From the NCBI GenBank assembly GCA_025201805.1, contig MU619300.1, positions 85,832-149,831 on the forward strand: a stretch of 64,000 nucleotides of DNA, read 5' to 3'. Every line of letters starts with the position of its first letter. The stretch's first letter is position 1. Below, piece by piece: positions 24,560 through 37,816 of the stretch. The notes beneath the pieces are model-generated. The model searched no databases. It saw only the letters and a list, made by a program, of their open reading frames with translations, and was not told where the DNA came from. The DNA is from Parasitella parasitica NRRL 2501. Taxonomy: Eukaryota; Fungi; Mucoromycota. The translations under genes were made by a program, and so were the position numbers.

Positions 24560-26203
24560 TTCCTCTGTTGGTAGCCACTCTTACATCTATATCTCCAACT
24601 GGTGCCAGTCTCCAGGTCTATACCATACAGAACTAAAGAATGAGGTGGTATGATGCAGATTCTACAGGATTCCTCCCTTAGGGATTCCTATTTGGTGTAG
24701 CTTAAGCCAACGTGAAGCCTTAATAACTACAATGCTCCAACAGATTGATTCGGTCCTGGAGTTGCACAGTCAACGCCACTTACCTTTCTACGGCAAAACA
24801 ACTATTGTCAATGTCCTCACTCTGATCAAGTTGTGGCATATCCTCCGTTTCACATTTCTGCCAAAGGTTTTCTTCCAGCAGATGCGCAACAGGGTCCATC
24901 AGTTCATTTACGGCAAAATGTTCGCCCAAACTGAAAAATAGCATCGTCTACCTTCCTCGAGGCAAAGGCGGTCTCGGAATTTTTGACGCTGAAGTCGAGC
25001 AGCAAATCTTTCAATTTTGGTATATTAAGGCTATGGTTAATGATTCTTTATCGATCGTCAATGTGGTGCCTTCATTCTTGGTTCACCTGATTTCGGATTC
25101 CCTAAAACCCACCTATGCGGCTCCCTTTCCTACCATGTCTCTACTGTTTGAAGATTGGCGCAGACCAAGATCTCCATGAATAACCTCTTCTTTCCTACCG
25201 CTTCTAACTCAAGCTATAGATGCCTGTTTTCCTAACATGGATCATGCATCCATCTGGCTTCGAATCCCTCCTGCTCCCTCCTATTTACCTCTGCCTATTC
25301 GTGAAGTCCTTTGCTGCAATCCAGATCACTCAGATCCCACAATCCATTCGTCAAAACATCTCCTAACATTGAAAGTGTCAGACTTTTTCTTTTTTGGCTC
25401 GACAGATCAACTCTTACATTACCGTCCGCCCGCTGAGTATTCCTATCCATGCACCCTGCGTAAACTTCGCAAAAATATCACTGAACACAAGCTTCTTGTC
25501 CAGCGGTACATGGCGTTTCATTTGGGTATCACGGCATCCCCCTACAACACATCCAGCACACATCAGACAAGTCATTAACAGCGCCTGAATTACAACCAAC
25601 CGTTTCTTACCACATTCCCTACAATTAAAGATCAATTTCTCTCCTTCTGCACGAACCACACCACCCGCCAATAGATCCTTTGTTCCAAACCACCCATCTC
25701 CCATGGTCGCTTCTATAACCCTCATATTTGCTCGTCTCGCTGTGTTTTCTGCAACCAAGTTGAAACCGCTGCGCATATGATCATTGCATGCCCTCGCAAA
25801 CAGGACATCTGGCCTCCTATGCCGCATTTCTACTTGAGCAACTCGGCTCGTTTCTCCTTGCATCGCGTCTTCACAGACCTTGGCAATCTTACTCTTATTC
25901 CCTACCTTTTCCGCCCGACAGTTTCTTCCATCACCATCTTTGACTTCTTTTCTGTGATTCCCTACCAAGTCTGGTGGGCCCATTTGAGCCATCACTTCGG
26001 CGCTGTTCCATTCATTCCTTAGCATGTTTTCCCTTTGATACACAGGGACCTGTTATTCCTAATCAAACAACAGCAATAATTATCTTTCTTTTGCTACTAT
26101 TTTGAGTTGTCCCTATTCTGTACACCACTCAATCCTAATTTTTTTTTTGAAATTTATTCATTTAACCCCTTTCATAAATAAAATCTTCCTCTCACAAAAA
26201 AAA
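24560..26203 (+). mobile_element. Degenerate L1/Tx1-like LINE 3' part (post-RT region, zf-RVT, poly-A)
   Basis: IVNVLTLIKLWHILR, LPRGKGGLGI, CVFCNQVETAAHMIIACPRKQDIW; AATAAA plus A-run at ~26176-26203; many stops. Confidence 0.8.
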
Positions 26204-26329
26204 AGTATCTCATTTTTCAACGCAATGGAAATTCTTTATCACTGAATCAAAGTTTAAACCAACTATTTTATTCTTTTTTCTCCTTTGATTATTTGTCTGT
26301 CCAAAAATTATAGCATATTCAAGAAAATG

Positions 26330-28370
26330 ACAATCTCTATTTTACTTTCTATTTTTACAAGTTTAGCATTAAAATTACAAAAAAGGAACTCTTGAACTGA
26401 AATTCATCATTATTATAAGCAACAATGGTAATAGGGCTTCCCTGTCACTAGCTATTAGCGACTTGTGAATTATTCACAAATAACAAGGGGCCATTACAGC
26501 AAAAGACTGTGTTCATAAATTACCCTCTTCTGCTTCAACACCTGTTTTATCATATTACCGTAAAGAAAGGTATACTTGTGGCACCAAAAATATTTACTTT
26601 ATAGAGCTGTGTCATGTACTAAAATTGATATTGGCGTGATATCATCTGCAAATAGATATTTTTTACAGCTTACAAGCAAGAAATTGAGCTTCCTGTGCCA
26701 TTTATTGATTGATTTTGATAATCAAAAGTGCCCTGATTACACCGGAAATAGTATCCATTGGGAAAAAACAATATTATATGTGATTTTGGTGCAATTTGAG
26801 CATGATTTTTTTTTCGATGCAAAATGACCGATTTTTTTCAGTTTTTTCCTTGTATCCACACATCCAAAATCATCAGTTATGCATTATCCTCAATTTTGAC
26901 CTCAAAAATGAAACTTTTTACTATAGCATATATTAGAGGAAAATGGTCGCAAAAGACCATTCCTTGATCTGAAAGACTGGAGATGCGCTCTGATTAAGCA
27001 AAATATTGACTTTTCTCGCTTGATCTGTTTTCGAAGTTTTTTCGACAGAATTCCTTCCATGAACATATGGGGATTATGAAATGATACCATCGTGTAGAGC
27101 GCCCAGAACTACAACTATTATCATAGAACGACAGCCGTGGTATGCATAGTATCCGAGGATGATATCTTGCCTTAAAAAAGTAATTTTGTTCTCAAATTGT
27201 ACAAATGGAGTATCTGAAAGAAGTTTTCCTTCCTTGTTTTGGACGCATTTAATCTCCGCTATCCAAGAAAAATCAGTGATTTTTGAAGGAAGTATTAGCT
27301 TTGAGAAGCCATAGCTTGCCCAATTAAAAAGAAAAAGAGTTGCAATTTAATCTATTCAAATGTTGTGTTTCTTGGCTTTCTAATAGTAGTACTTGCATGT
27401 CTGTAACGAGTCTGACGATCTCACGCTCCCATTTTGAAAGATCCTTTTCCGAAAAAAGTCTGAAAAGTTGTTACCTTCATCTGATATCAACCCAAAGAGC
27501 ATAAAAACTTGATCTAAGCTATGCAAATATGTAATCAAAAAGTGCCTTATAGTCAAATTAATTACTTTGAATTACTTTTTTTTTGTGCTTGAGATTACTA
27601 AGCATTGTTTTCTTACAGTTTTTGTCTTTTTTCTAATAATAACACACTGAAGTTCGCGTAGACCAAAAAAAAAAAAAAAAAAAAAAAAATCAAATGCCTA
27701 AAATCTATGCTGACTTTGCAGAGACACACACTTTTGAAGCATTCCAATGATATGGAAAAGAAGGCACAGGTTTGACTAGCTGTTCTACTGTGCAACTGGA
27801 TACGCAGAATCCAGCTTGGCACTTGCCTGACAAGACCTTCTACACTAGAAGACGCCAGGTCAACTGAAGGTATAAGGAAATGCCAGAGAGAAGGAAGCAA
27901 TCTGTCACCAGGATAATATACCCATTCATAAAAAAATAATCTGTATAGAAATTTATGAAATTCCAAGCACATGTAAATGAACCTTGCTGTCCGCTCCTGA
28001 ATCCATTTAAAGATCTTAGATCCAAAGTCAACAGACATACTCACACCCAGAATCACAAATGTTTGTCAACAGGCAACCGTAAACTTTTCTAGAGACTATT
28101 TTGAACTCCAAGGTATGATGCAGATAGCTTATTTCACAACACATTCTCTTGATATTTTCACTACGAATGAAACAAATTAAAGCAATTACTCTTTTTCTCT
28201 AAATATGGATATCCCCACTTGAAATCTTTCTAGGGAGCCGTTTCTCTTCTTTCAGAAACTTCTTGGCTTTTATCAGAAATAAATGGTTTTTTTTTTACCA
28301 GAAACCCTGATATGTATTGCCACAATCACCGTAACCTTTATCATTTTCTTGAATTTTTCTTTAGGCTGCA
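26330..28370 (-). repeat. ~2 kb non-coding repeat, right copy (inverted relative to 4570-6555)
   Basis: Colinear reverse-complement match to the left copy along its whole length. Confidence 0.9.
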
Positions 28371-28414
28371 TGACAAAAGCAGGAAAGAAGAGTCACTGTC
28401 AAAAAAAAAAAAAA

Positions 28415-28424
28415 NNNNNNNNNN
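28415..28424. other. Assembly gap (10 N) inside a poly-A run
   Basis: N characters in the sequence. Confidence 1.
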
Positions 28425-28510
28425 AAAAAAAAAAAAAAACAAGAAAAATTTTGACATCCCAAATCAGTTGATCACTTTTTCGCTTCCATCAAACTAACAT
28501 AGCACAAAGA

Positions 28511-30543
28511 ATGTCGAGTAAGCTGGAAACCCTCCTTCAATGGTTCCAAGATAACAAGATTGAATGGGATAAGGATGCTGTGGAGATCAAGGAGAAGGAT
28601 GGTTCGTTTGGTGTTTATGCGAAAAAGAGCATGAAGAAGGACAATGCAGGCAAGTTAAATGGAGGTAAATTTTCGAGCTTTCAGGCCAACAGTTGTGTAG
28701 TTGTCAACATCCCCAAGGAAAGCATTTTGTCCATCAAGACAACTGGCATAGCCAATCTCTTGGATGAAGCTAATTTGGAAGGCGGATGCCCTCTTGCTTT
28801 GGCAGTTTTGTATGAAATCGCTCAAGGCGAACAGTCTCCCTGGTTTGGCTATTTGCAAGCTCTGCCCGAACATGGCGAAGATCTTCCCATATTTTGGGAG
28901 GAGCAAGAAAAGGAATGGTTCCATGGCACTGAAATGGAATCTGCAGTTCACAATGATTTGGTATAGTAAAAGGACAGCATAAAATGCATTTTACATACTT
29001 AATTGCTATTTAGATTGATCTGGAAGATGATTATGAGGAGCTAATTGAACCCCTTTTGGAGGCACATCCTTATGTTTTCAACCGTGGCACCAATTTGGAT
29101 GACGATCCTTACTCCTTTGATAAATTTATCAAAATCTCTACTTTAATCTCCTCGCGTGCGTTCCAGGTCGACGCTTACCATGAGAACGCATTGGTACCTT
29201 TTGCTGATATTTTCAATCACTCGGGTAAAAACGAACATGTTCATTTTGAAACTGAATTCGAAGTCTGTGATGCTTGTGGGCAACTGGAATACTGTGAGCA
29301 TCAATATCTCAATTATCTGGATGACAGTAATGCTGAGGAAGGCGAGGATGCCGGATGGGAGGATGAGGATGCTGATGAGGGTCGGGACATTGACGATTCA
29401 GAAAATGACGAGCTTGAAGATTTGGGTTTAGACACTGAATTACCTGATCTGGAAGAACTGGAAAATGCTGGTGTTGATTTTTACAACGACAATGATTCTG
29501 ACGAAGATGAAGATGAGGACGAGCAAAAGAAGGATACTTGCGATATGGTGCTTGACCGTGATGTGCAAAAGGGCGAAGAAGTCTTCAATACATATGGTGA
29601 CCATCCCAACATTGCCTTGCTGAGCAAGTACGGCTTCTGTTATGACGATAACAAGAATGATTTTGTCTCCATTACTGAAGATTCACTGGTCGAGTGTTGC
29701 CTTGCCATCACAGGTGAACTTTTGAAGGGCGAATTCTCAAAGGCCTCTGCCAAAGAAATTGAAAAAATGGCTGTTGACCGTACTAGACCAAGATGGGAGT
29801 TCTTTTTGAAAAATGAGCCAATATTATGTCCTTCTGAAGATGATGATGAACATCAAGACGGAAGAGATGACTTCGATGAAGATTGCCAGGATGACTGTTG
29901 CGGTCCCGATGACCACGGCGATCATGATGGCCATGAACACGATCACAGCCATGGACACGACCATTCCCATGATAGCGATTCAGAAAAAGAGCACAAACAC
30001 GATGAAGAAGGTGGGTGTTGCGGCGGTGGAGACGACGAAGAAAAGGAGCAATCTCGTCCATATTTCATCAACTATGAAGGCCTTTTTGAAGATAAACTCA
30101 TGTGTTTGCTCCACATCATGTTTGTCAATGAAAAGAAATTTGCCACATTCACTCAGGACGTTGATAACGCATTAGCTTACTTTCAAGACGTCGCCAATGG
30201 CCAGGGTGAGAACAAGACCAAGGCTGCGTCTGATCTCAAGCGCAATATATATCAAGTATGTAATGCCCTTGCCGAGTTTAGACGTCTTGAGTATCTTGAA
30301 GATGGTGAATGGGTGCCTGTTGAAAAAGACATTGAAGAGCGCAAGAAATGTGCTGATAATTTAAGAAAATATTACGCTATGACATGTCGCATTAGCGAAA
30401 AAAAAATCATTGAAAGAGCTGTTGAATACTATAGTGCATTAGTCAAAGAATATTCACAGCCTGCTGCTGTTTCCTCAACAAACAGAAAAGGCAACAAAAA
30501 GAAGCCAGCTGTTAACAAAAAAAACAAAAAGATGAAGTTATAG
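28511..30543 (+). CDS. SET-domain protein lysine methyltransferase (SETD6/Rkm3-Rkm4-like)
   Basis: GSFGVYA, SPWFGYLQALP, ISSRAF, LVPFADIFNH, GEEVFNTYG..NIALLSKYGF motifs; introns ~28650-28700 and ~28961-29013. Confidence 0.85.
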
Positions 30544-30770
30544 ATAGCCCCTAGTTGCGTAGAAACGAGACGTGTACAATATAATTAAACCTCATATTAA
30601 AAAGTATTCTATTGCCCGTTTTGTGTATATATGTGAGAATACCATAAATGACACAATACCAGCACGCGTTGCGACATTTCAGATACACTGGACATTGTAC
30701 TTTTTTTTTTATTCAACATTGAATCATTGAAAACTGTAAAAACTTATTCATAGAAAATGTGAATGTAGGT

Positions 30771-33107
30771 TCAGATTTTAGAAGGCTTGAAACCAAGTCT
30801 TTGTTGACCTGATTTAGCTCTCTCTTCATGATATCCTGCGTTGGTGATTCTAGCTCAAAAGTTAGTAGTCATGTACTTGATCCCTAGTTCAATAGCATTG
30901 GACATACTTTCTGTCAAGGTAATAACATGATCGTTTCTTTCTATTCGTCAAAGTTATAGCTTCAAGAGCATCGCCTAAAGCATGATACTTTTTGATATGG
31001 ATCCGATAGCTATTTGCATGCGCAAACTTGACGTCACATATGCAGCAGTAATGGTTTGGATCAAGAACATCTGGTGAGACACCAGGCTCAAGAGGAGGCC
31101 GTGGTTTCAGGGCGCCAGGTCGCCTCTGGGGGATATCCATAAAGTGCATCTTGTTCAAATGAATCAAATAGCTTGATCTTTGAGTGTAGCCTCTGCTGCA
31201 GTATGCACAAAAGTAATCTGGATCATTCATGTCAGGCTTTCTTGACTCGACCGTAATGTCATCAACAGCAATGCGAATACCTGATGCGATGGTTAGATGA
31301 CGGCATATATTAAGCATGCACGCATACCTGGCGATTTATCGAAAGGAATGTCCATGTTGTGAACTTTTCTCAAGTGGTATGTATAAACCAGTTTTTGAGA
31401 ATAAAAGACATTGCACACACAGCAGTAGTTTTGGGGATGGTGGATATCTGGCAGAGGGCCATTGTATGCTTTTCTTACTTTTTCGGTGCTTAAGGCGAAC
31501 GGAAAGTTCATCTTGTGAGTGCCTCGTAGATGGACGTGGAATTTGCCTCTATCTGCATAGGTGATATTGCAGACACTACAGTGAAAATCAGGGTCATTGA
31601 CATCCGGCGGCGGACCCTTGTGCTTTAAAATAGCTGCTTGACAGTATCCCACTACGTACCACGTGTTAGTCATTTACAGCTTTCTAAAACGACTCTTATG
31701 ATAATACTTGCAGTTTTTGTGATTCTGAAGATATTTGCGCGATGGGTTTCTGACATTATTTTCAGGTTTCTCCATCATATTCCTCCTTTCTTGCTCCTCC
31801 ATCTCGTCTTCTTCAAGATCCAACTCGGTAGGTGACTCTCCTTTTCTGCGTTTGTGGGCTACTCTACCCAGCTTTATCTTTTCAGCGCCATGATGCAGTT
31901 CATTGTGATGCTGGAAACGGTCGTAGCTTTCGTATTGCTTTTGGCAGTGAGCGCAGAATAAAGATGCGTCTGTTATCTTGGGCTGTGGGCCGTAGTTGAG
32001 AACAATAAATTTGCGTTCCTCAATGTTGATACCGTGCTTCATGTTGACATGGTTAAAAAACGTTTTTTGCTTGTCAAAGGGTTTAGAGCAGACTTTGCAG
32101 CAGTAGTTGGGGTCAAAGATGTCTGGCTCAAGTCCATCGTGGATATTTTGAAGCAATACTTTGATTTGGGACAAGCTTAAATCAGTCTCAGGAGCAGCAG
32201 GCGGTGATGACCGCACAAAACGCAGTTCATCATCATTGGGTTCACTTTTGACTTTGCTTTGATTTCGCACTTCTACAGCATTAGCTTGTTCTTCGCTTGT
32301 CGTCTCTTCTGGATCAGGCTTGATAAGTCGTCTGGAGGATGAGCTCAGGTTATGACGAGGATTTGCAGACAATGGAACCTTTTTCTTTGGACATGTAGGT
32401 GCCTTGGGAGCCTTGGATGCACTGGGTTCTCTGGGTGCTTTGAGTGTTTTGGGTGTTTTGGGTGTTTTGGGTGTTTTGGAAGTTTTGGGTGTTTTGGGTG
32501 CTATGGTCGCTTTTGAATCGCTAATGCTCGTGCTGGCTGTTGTTTCGATTTTTACTTTTACATTGTTTTCAATAGAAGGCCGAGCAGGAGGTTCAGCAAT
32601 CGGTTTGGGCAATTTAAAGAATTTATTAGGGTCAAAATGTCCAGTCGAAAAGAAATCAGTGATCTTGCGTACTTTGGGTCCTTGAGCAGACGTAAGATTA
32701 GACGTCTCATTCAGAGCAGTCGAGGATGATGACTCACCGCTATCCCTTTCAAGGATATTCTTGGTGCATGCAGTTTCATCCGTTGGCACTTTTCGTACAT
32801 TTTGAATCAATCCAGGGATGGAAGGTGACTTCATGACTGGTAAGAACATGGGAGCAGGCACGCAAGGGCTTGATGGGCCTCTCTGGATATCAACTTGAGA
32901 AAGTGATTCACTGATTTGCTCAAAATCTTCTTCTTGTATCTCTCGAGAATCAGGCCTTGCTGTGGTGCGTCTTTTCGCGACAGGCTGTTGCTCTGCGTCG
33001 TTACGGGTCCGCTTTAACGCCGAGATAGCATTGCTCAAAGAAACGTCAGGTTCAATCTTGACGCTTGACGTTTTGAACTTGTCTGTTTGGTTTGATGCTG
33101 CTGTCAT
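30771..33107 (-). CDS. Multi-C2H2 zinc-finger protein (4 exons)
   Basis: Six PDxxDPxxYCxxC...HxxxxH type fingers across three ORFs that are joinable by short introns; PKT repeats at ~32400-32500. Confidence 0.75.
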
Positions 33108-33329
33108 GGCTGATGTTGGAAAAAAAAAAAGCAGCAGAAATTATGGCTGGCAGTGTCCTCTTTTTTTTTATGCCTTGTTTATGTCAACAAACAACTCTGG
33201 CTGTTGCCATGAATCAAACCCCATCGTACGTCATTGGTCGCTTACAAAAGTGTGGTTTTCAATTGTGGGCACAAAAGCAGACAGACTCCTTTTTTAATCT
33301 GATTTTACCCTTTTCAAAAAGAAACAAGA

Positions 33330-34258
33330 ATGTCGAGCACGATTCAAAGGTTTTTCGGAAAGAAATCGCCAGAAGAACTTGTAAGTAGTTTGTGAAAAGA
33401 ATCCCCTCCCCCCAAACAAGGAAATGTAAAAAAAAGCTTGGCAAATACGTAGGTAAAGAAATGGAGGCAAGAGATACGTTCACAGCAGAGACAAATAGCC
33501 AGAGAAATACGAGCCATCGATGCCGAGGAACTGAAAGTCAAAAAATCAATCAAACAAATAGCAAAGAAGGGAGACATCAAAAACTGCAAAATGCTGGCTA
33601 AAGAGTTGGTGCGCTCTCAAAAACACAAGAACCGATTGTGCACCAGTACAGCACAGATGAATTCTATTATTATGCAATTGGAAAGCCAACTGGGTAAGAG
33701 CCATCTGTAAACACATGTCTGCAAAAGCCAATCGATCAACGTTTTTTTTTTTCGTATAGCAACACTCAAAGTCGCCGGATCAATCCAAAAGAGTGGAGAA
33801 GTGATGAAGATGGTCAACCAATTAGCTAGACTGCCCGAAATCTCAAACAATATGCAGCAGATGTCCATGGAAATGACAAAGGTGAGCTGAAGGACATGGC
33901 TAGTCAGTTTGACCGACTATTTATGCTTTTGCGCTAGTCTGGCATCATGGGGGAAATGATTGATGATACAATGGATATGATGGATGATGATGATATTGAA
34001 GAAGCAGCGGATGAGGAGGTTAATAAAGTACTGTTTCAAATTACAGATGGCATGTTGGGTGAAGCTGGATCAGTCGGTCCTGTACTTGTCACTGCCGATC
34101 AAGAAGACGAATGGGAAGAAGAGGAAAGTCCTGAGCTGAACTCGATGAAAAAGCGTCTACAGGTAAAACAAAATGGGAATTTTAAAAAAGTGGCAGGGTT
34201 TCTTATGTCTTTTTTTTTTTTTTTTTTTTTTCCCTTGTAATAGGCATTAAAAGGATAA
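33330..34258 (+). CDS. VPS24: ESCRT-III subunit Vps24/CHMP3 (5 exons)
   Basis: [30 protein letters not shown]...[10 protein letters not shown]...[10 protein letters not shown]...[16 protein letters not shown]...MKKRLQALKG. Confidence 0.9.
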
Positions 34259-34596
34259 TAAGATATAGGAGCGAATCTATAATCAAACTTAATGACTTTG
34301 AATCCGGCTCATGCTGCCAATCACCCTTTGGGATATCTCAATTGTTTATAAAAGAGCTATTGTAGAGCAAGCAATCAATAAATCATCGAATTCTTTATTT
34401 CCTTAGTATTAGATACTCTATTTTTGATTACTTTATTGACATTGTCTTTACGATAGACACATCTGTTAATCTTTGTTAACTCCATCCCTACAACCTTCGG
34501 GGTCCTTGTTAAACATTTAAAGCACACTTTTACACTAAAATTTGTCAAGACGCTTGGAGTGATTAATCACATATAAAAAATTATATGTAAATTTTT

Positions 34597-35655
34597 TTAA
34601 TTCGATACATTTCTGACCCTTATATGTACGTGGGTATCTGTATCATTATAAAGATTATTTTTGAAAATGACGGTGCCATTTTGATAATTGATATGATCCA
34701 GGATACACTCCTTAATGTCATATTCTTTGTAATCGTAAAACATGAGATCGTAAACTGGTACTTTTTGGAGCGCATCAAGCACCTGAATATAGCAATATTT
34801 GATCTGTTCTTGATCTTGGTCCTGGTTTTCGTCTATACAAGTCATGTCGATGATGGCCGTTTCAATTTTTGAAAACTTTTGCGCCGCGTATTGAACACAA
34901 TTGGGCCAGGCACCAAAGTTTTTGGCTTGGAGAAGCTTGAGTGAATCGAATTTGTTTGAGCTCTCTGGCAAATCGACAGCTATCTCGTTGAAAGGCGGCT
35001 CACAATGGTAAAACTTTAGTTTATCTAACGAGCGTCTTTCGTCTTGTGAATGGCAACTGTCTATGGCGCGATCCAATTCCGCATAGCAGTTGACATTGCC
35101 TCCAACAACAATTGATTTGAGACATTTGAATTCATCCAGTTTCCGATTGTCATCATCCTGTCGAAGAGAAATGTATATTTCTTGCAACCTGTCTTTGAGG
35201 TGAGGAACCAGCAAAGTGTACTCAAAGGGAGGATCAAAGTTAGGGTGAGGGATAACAGCCAACTTGCTAAGCTTGTTCTTTTGATTTGTGATCAGTTTCA
35301 ACAGTTGGCCGTAGCATGCATCGTCATCAACCTCTCCTTCCAGGACCGTCAAGTTTGGAGTCAAGGCAAATAAATCCCAACAATTCTCCGTGAATGCTTG
35401 GTCAATGTACCATGGATAGTTGTCAATGGACAGTTTTTTGATCAATTTCCCATTCTCTGGATATGTTTTCAAATGATGGTAGAGTCGCAAAGCTTCTTCG
35501 CTTGAATTGAGGACAATCGGCCTCCCAAGAACACTTGGGCTAGCGATCCTATACCATTCCGCGCAGACTAGTCTGCATTGGCATAATTGTGCAAGTGTGT
35601 TGACGTAACCAAAGATTTCAATCAAAATTTCTGCAGGCAAGGAATTGTTTGACAT
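34597..35655 (-). CDS. F-box protein (intronless)
   Basis: LPAEILIEIFGYV...CRLVCAEW F-box. Confidence 0.8.
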   Translation of the reverse strand: MSNNSLPAEILIEIFGYVNTLAQLCQCRLVCAEWYRIASPSVLGRPIVLNSSEEALRLYHHLKTYPENGKLIKKLSIDNYPWYIDQAFTENCWDLFALTPNLTVLEGEVDDDACYGQLLKLITNQKNKLSKLAVIPHPNFDPPFEYTLLVPHLKDRLQEIYISLRQDDDNRKLDEFKCLKSIVVGGNVNCYAELDRAIDSCHSQDERRSLDKLKFYHCEPPFNEIAVDLPESSNKFDSLKLLQAKNFGAWPNCVQYAAQKFSKIETAIIDMTCIDENQDQDQEQIKYCYIQVLDALQKVPVYDLMFYDYKEYDIKECILDHINYQNGTVIFKNNLYNDTDTHVHIRVRNVSN

Positions 35656-36484
35656 GAGTTGGTATTTGGAAATACAAAAAGTATTGAATAACCAAAATAA
35701 ACAAGTGCTGCATATTTATATACACCTTACAACTGGCTGATTCATCATGGCACGCCTGTTTACAATGTCATCATTGTTGCAAACACAGGTAAAAAAAAAT
35801 AAAAAAATAAACAATAAAACCATCGCAATAGTTGTATAATAAAACTTGCAGCTTGCATGTATATTCAGTTCTTCAGACGCCTGTTATACTCGACCTTCCG
35901 GACAGAATTACTCTTTTCCACTAAAAGCCTCACCCCTAATACAGGCCTGTTACTGTACGAAAGCTTTGATAATGATGATAATAATAATTGTATATCCCAT
36001 GTCAGACAAAGGCCAGCTCTGCGTCATGTGCATTGACCTTGGACGCTGTATCGTATGACAAAACCACACCTTCTTCAAGTCGTCGTGGCCCCATCTTGAT
36101 CAGGAAGAAACAATATACCACTTTTTCCCGGCGATTAGTAAAATACACAATTAACACAGGCAGTGATACATGGTACATTTTTCGCAGTGTGGGAAACAGA
36201 AATACAGTACAATCTACCACACGCATGATTGTATAAAAATGAATTTTACAAGTGTTTATACATTCTGCAATCAGCATCTATGGATTGTTTGCCAGCTCAA
36301 TGGACGCTGCAAATACAGCGGAACGTATTGATTGAATTTGATATATGCTATACTGTATCCAATATGGCCAGCCAATCGTCGAATTCGGACAAAAGGAAAA
36401 TTAATGCAACTACTTTTGCTATAAATTTTGACCCTAAAATTCTCAGCTGGTTCCTCTTTACCCTTTCAACAACAAACTCTGCAG

Positions 36485-37660
36485 ATGGCTCTCAATAGAA
36501 AAATTAGTAAGTATTTTCTTGGATTGCCTAAAGCTGGAAAGCTCACCATATACTCAGCTTTAAACACTGGCGCTACAATGCCCTTGGTCGGGCTTGGTAC
36601 CTGGCTGTCCGAGCCTGATCAAGTCAGGAAGGCTGTCAAGTACGCACTTGAAACAGGCTATCGCCACTTGGATTGTGCGTATGTGTATCGCAACGAAGAT
36701 GAAGTCGGACAAGGTATCCGTGAATCTGGAGTACCCAGAAGTGAAATATTTATTACTTCCAAGGTAGAGGAATAAGACGCACGTCATACTACTGTATTTG
36801 ATTTTAAGCATGTTGATATACATAGCTCTGGAATACTCATCATCGCAAAGAATACGTCAAATCGGCTGTAAAGGCATCTCTTCAAGCTTTAGGTCTGGAA
36901 TACCTCGATCTCTATCTGGTCCATTGGCCAGTCTCGTTTGTTGTAAGTTTCAAGGATTCACGTAAATGCGAGATAATGACATACCAACTGCACGTTTAGA
37001 ACGCTGGAAAGCCCGAAGAAACTCCTGTAGTACCTACTGTTGACTATCTCAACCCGAAAAAGTAAGTTGGAACATATACAAGAAAGCGTACTTGGCAGAC
37101 GATTTTGATATTTACAATGCTCGGGTAGGGATGGCCAAATTCAAATTGAACAGGTTGATCCGCTGGAAACATGGAGGGCCATGGAAGAGCTTGTTGACGA
37201 AGGTCTTGTCAAAGCCATTGGCCTTTCCAACTTCAATATCCAAAAGATTCAGGCAGTTCTCGATGACGCCAGGATCAAGCCTGCACAACTGCAAGTTGAG
37301 TTGCATCCTGGATTGCAGCAGCCTGAGCTTGTTGAATTCTGCCACAAGAATGGCATTCATGTAACTGCCTATTCTCCCCTCGGCAACAATGTTTATGGGC
37401 AAGAGCGCATTGTTGATGATCCTATCATTGTTGATCTTGCGAAAAAGCTAAACAAGTCCCCTGCCCAAGTATGCATCGCGTTTGCCGCTCAAAGAGGCAT
37501 TGTTGTCATTCCCAAGAGTGTCACTGAGTCTCGAATCAAGGAAAATTTCCAAGATTTTGAGCTTTCTAAAGAAGATTTCGATGCCATTGCTAGCTTGGGA
37601 TCTAGAAATATTCGCTACAATGATCCTGGTGTTAAGGAATGGAATTGCTCCATCTTTTAA
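36485..37660 (+). CDS. Aldo/keto reductase (Gcy1/Ypr1-like; multi-exon)
   Basis: [54 protein letters not shown]. The D/Y/K/H catalytic tetrad is intact. Confidence 0.92.
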
Positions 37661-37816
37661 TAAACCTGATTTCAAGATGTTAGTATACTCGCTTGGATGG
37701 TTTTTTGTGTAATCCCAAATCGGGCGTCTGAAACCCCCCTCTTGAGCCATTTCAATCATTCGCCCCTTTTTTTTTTTTTTTTTTCTATACCAATACACAT
37801 CATCACTTGCTCGGAT

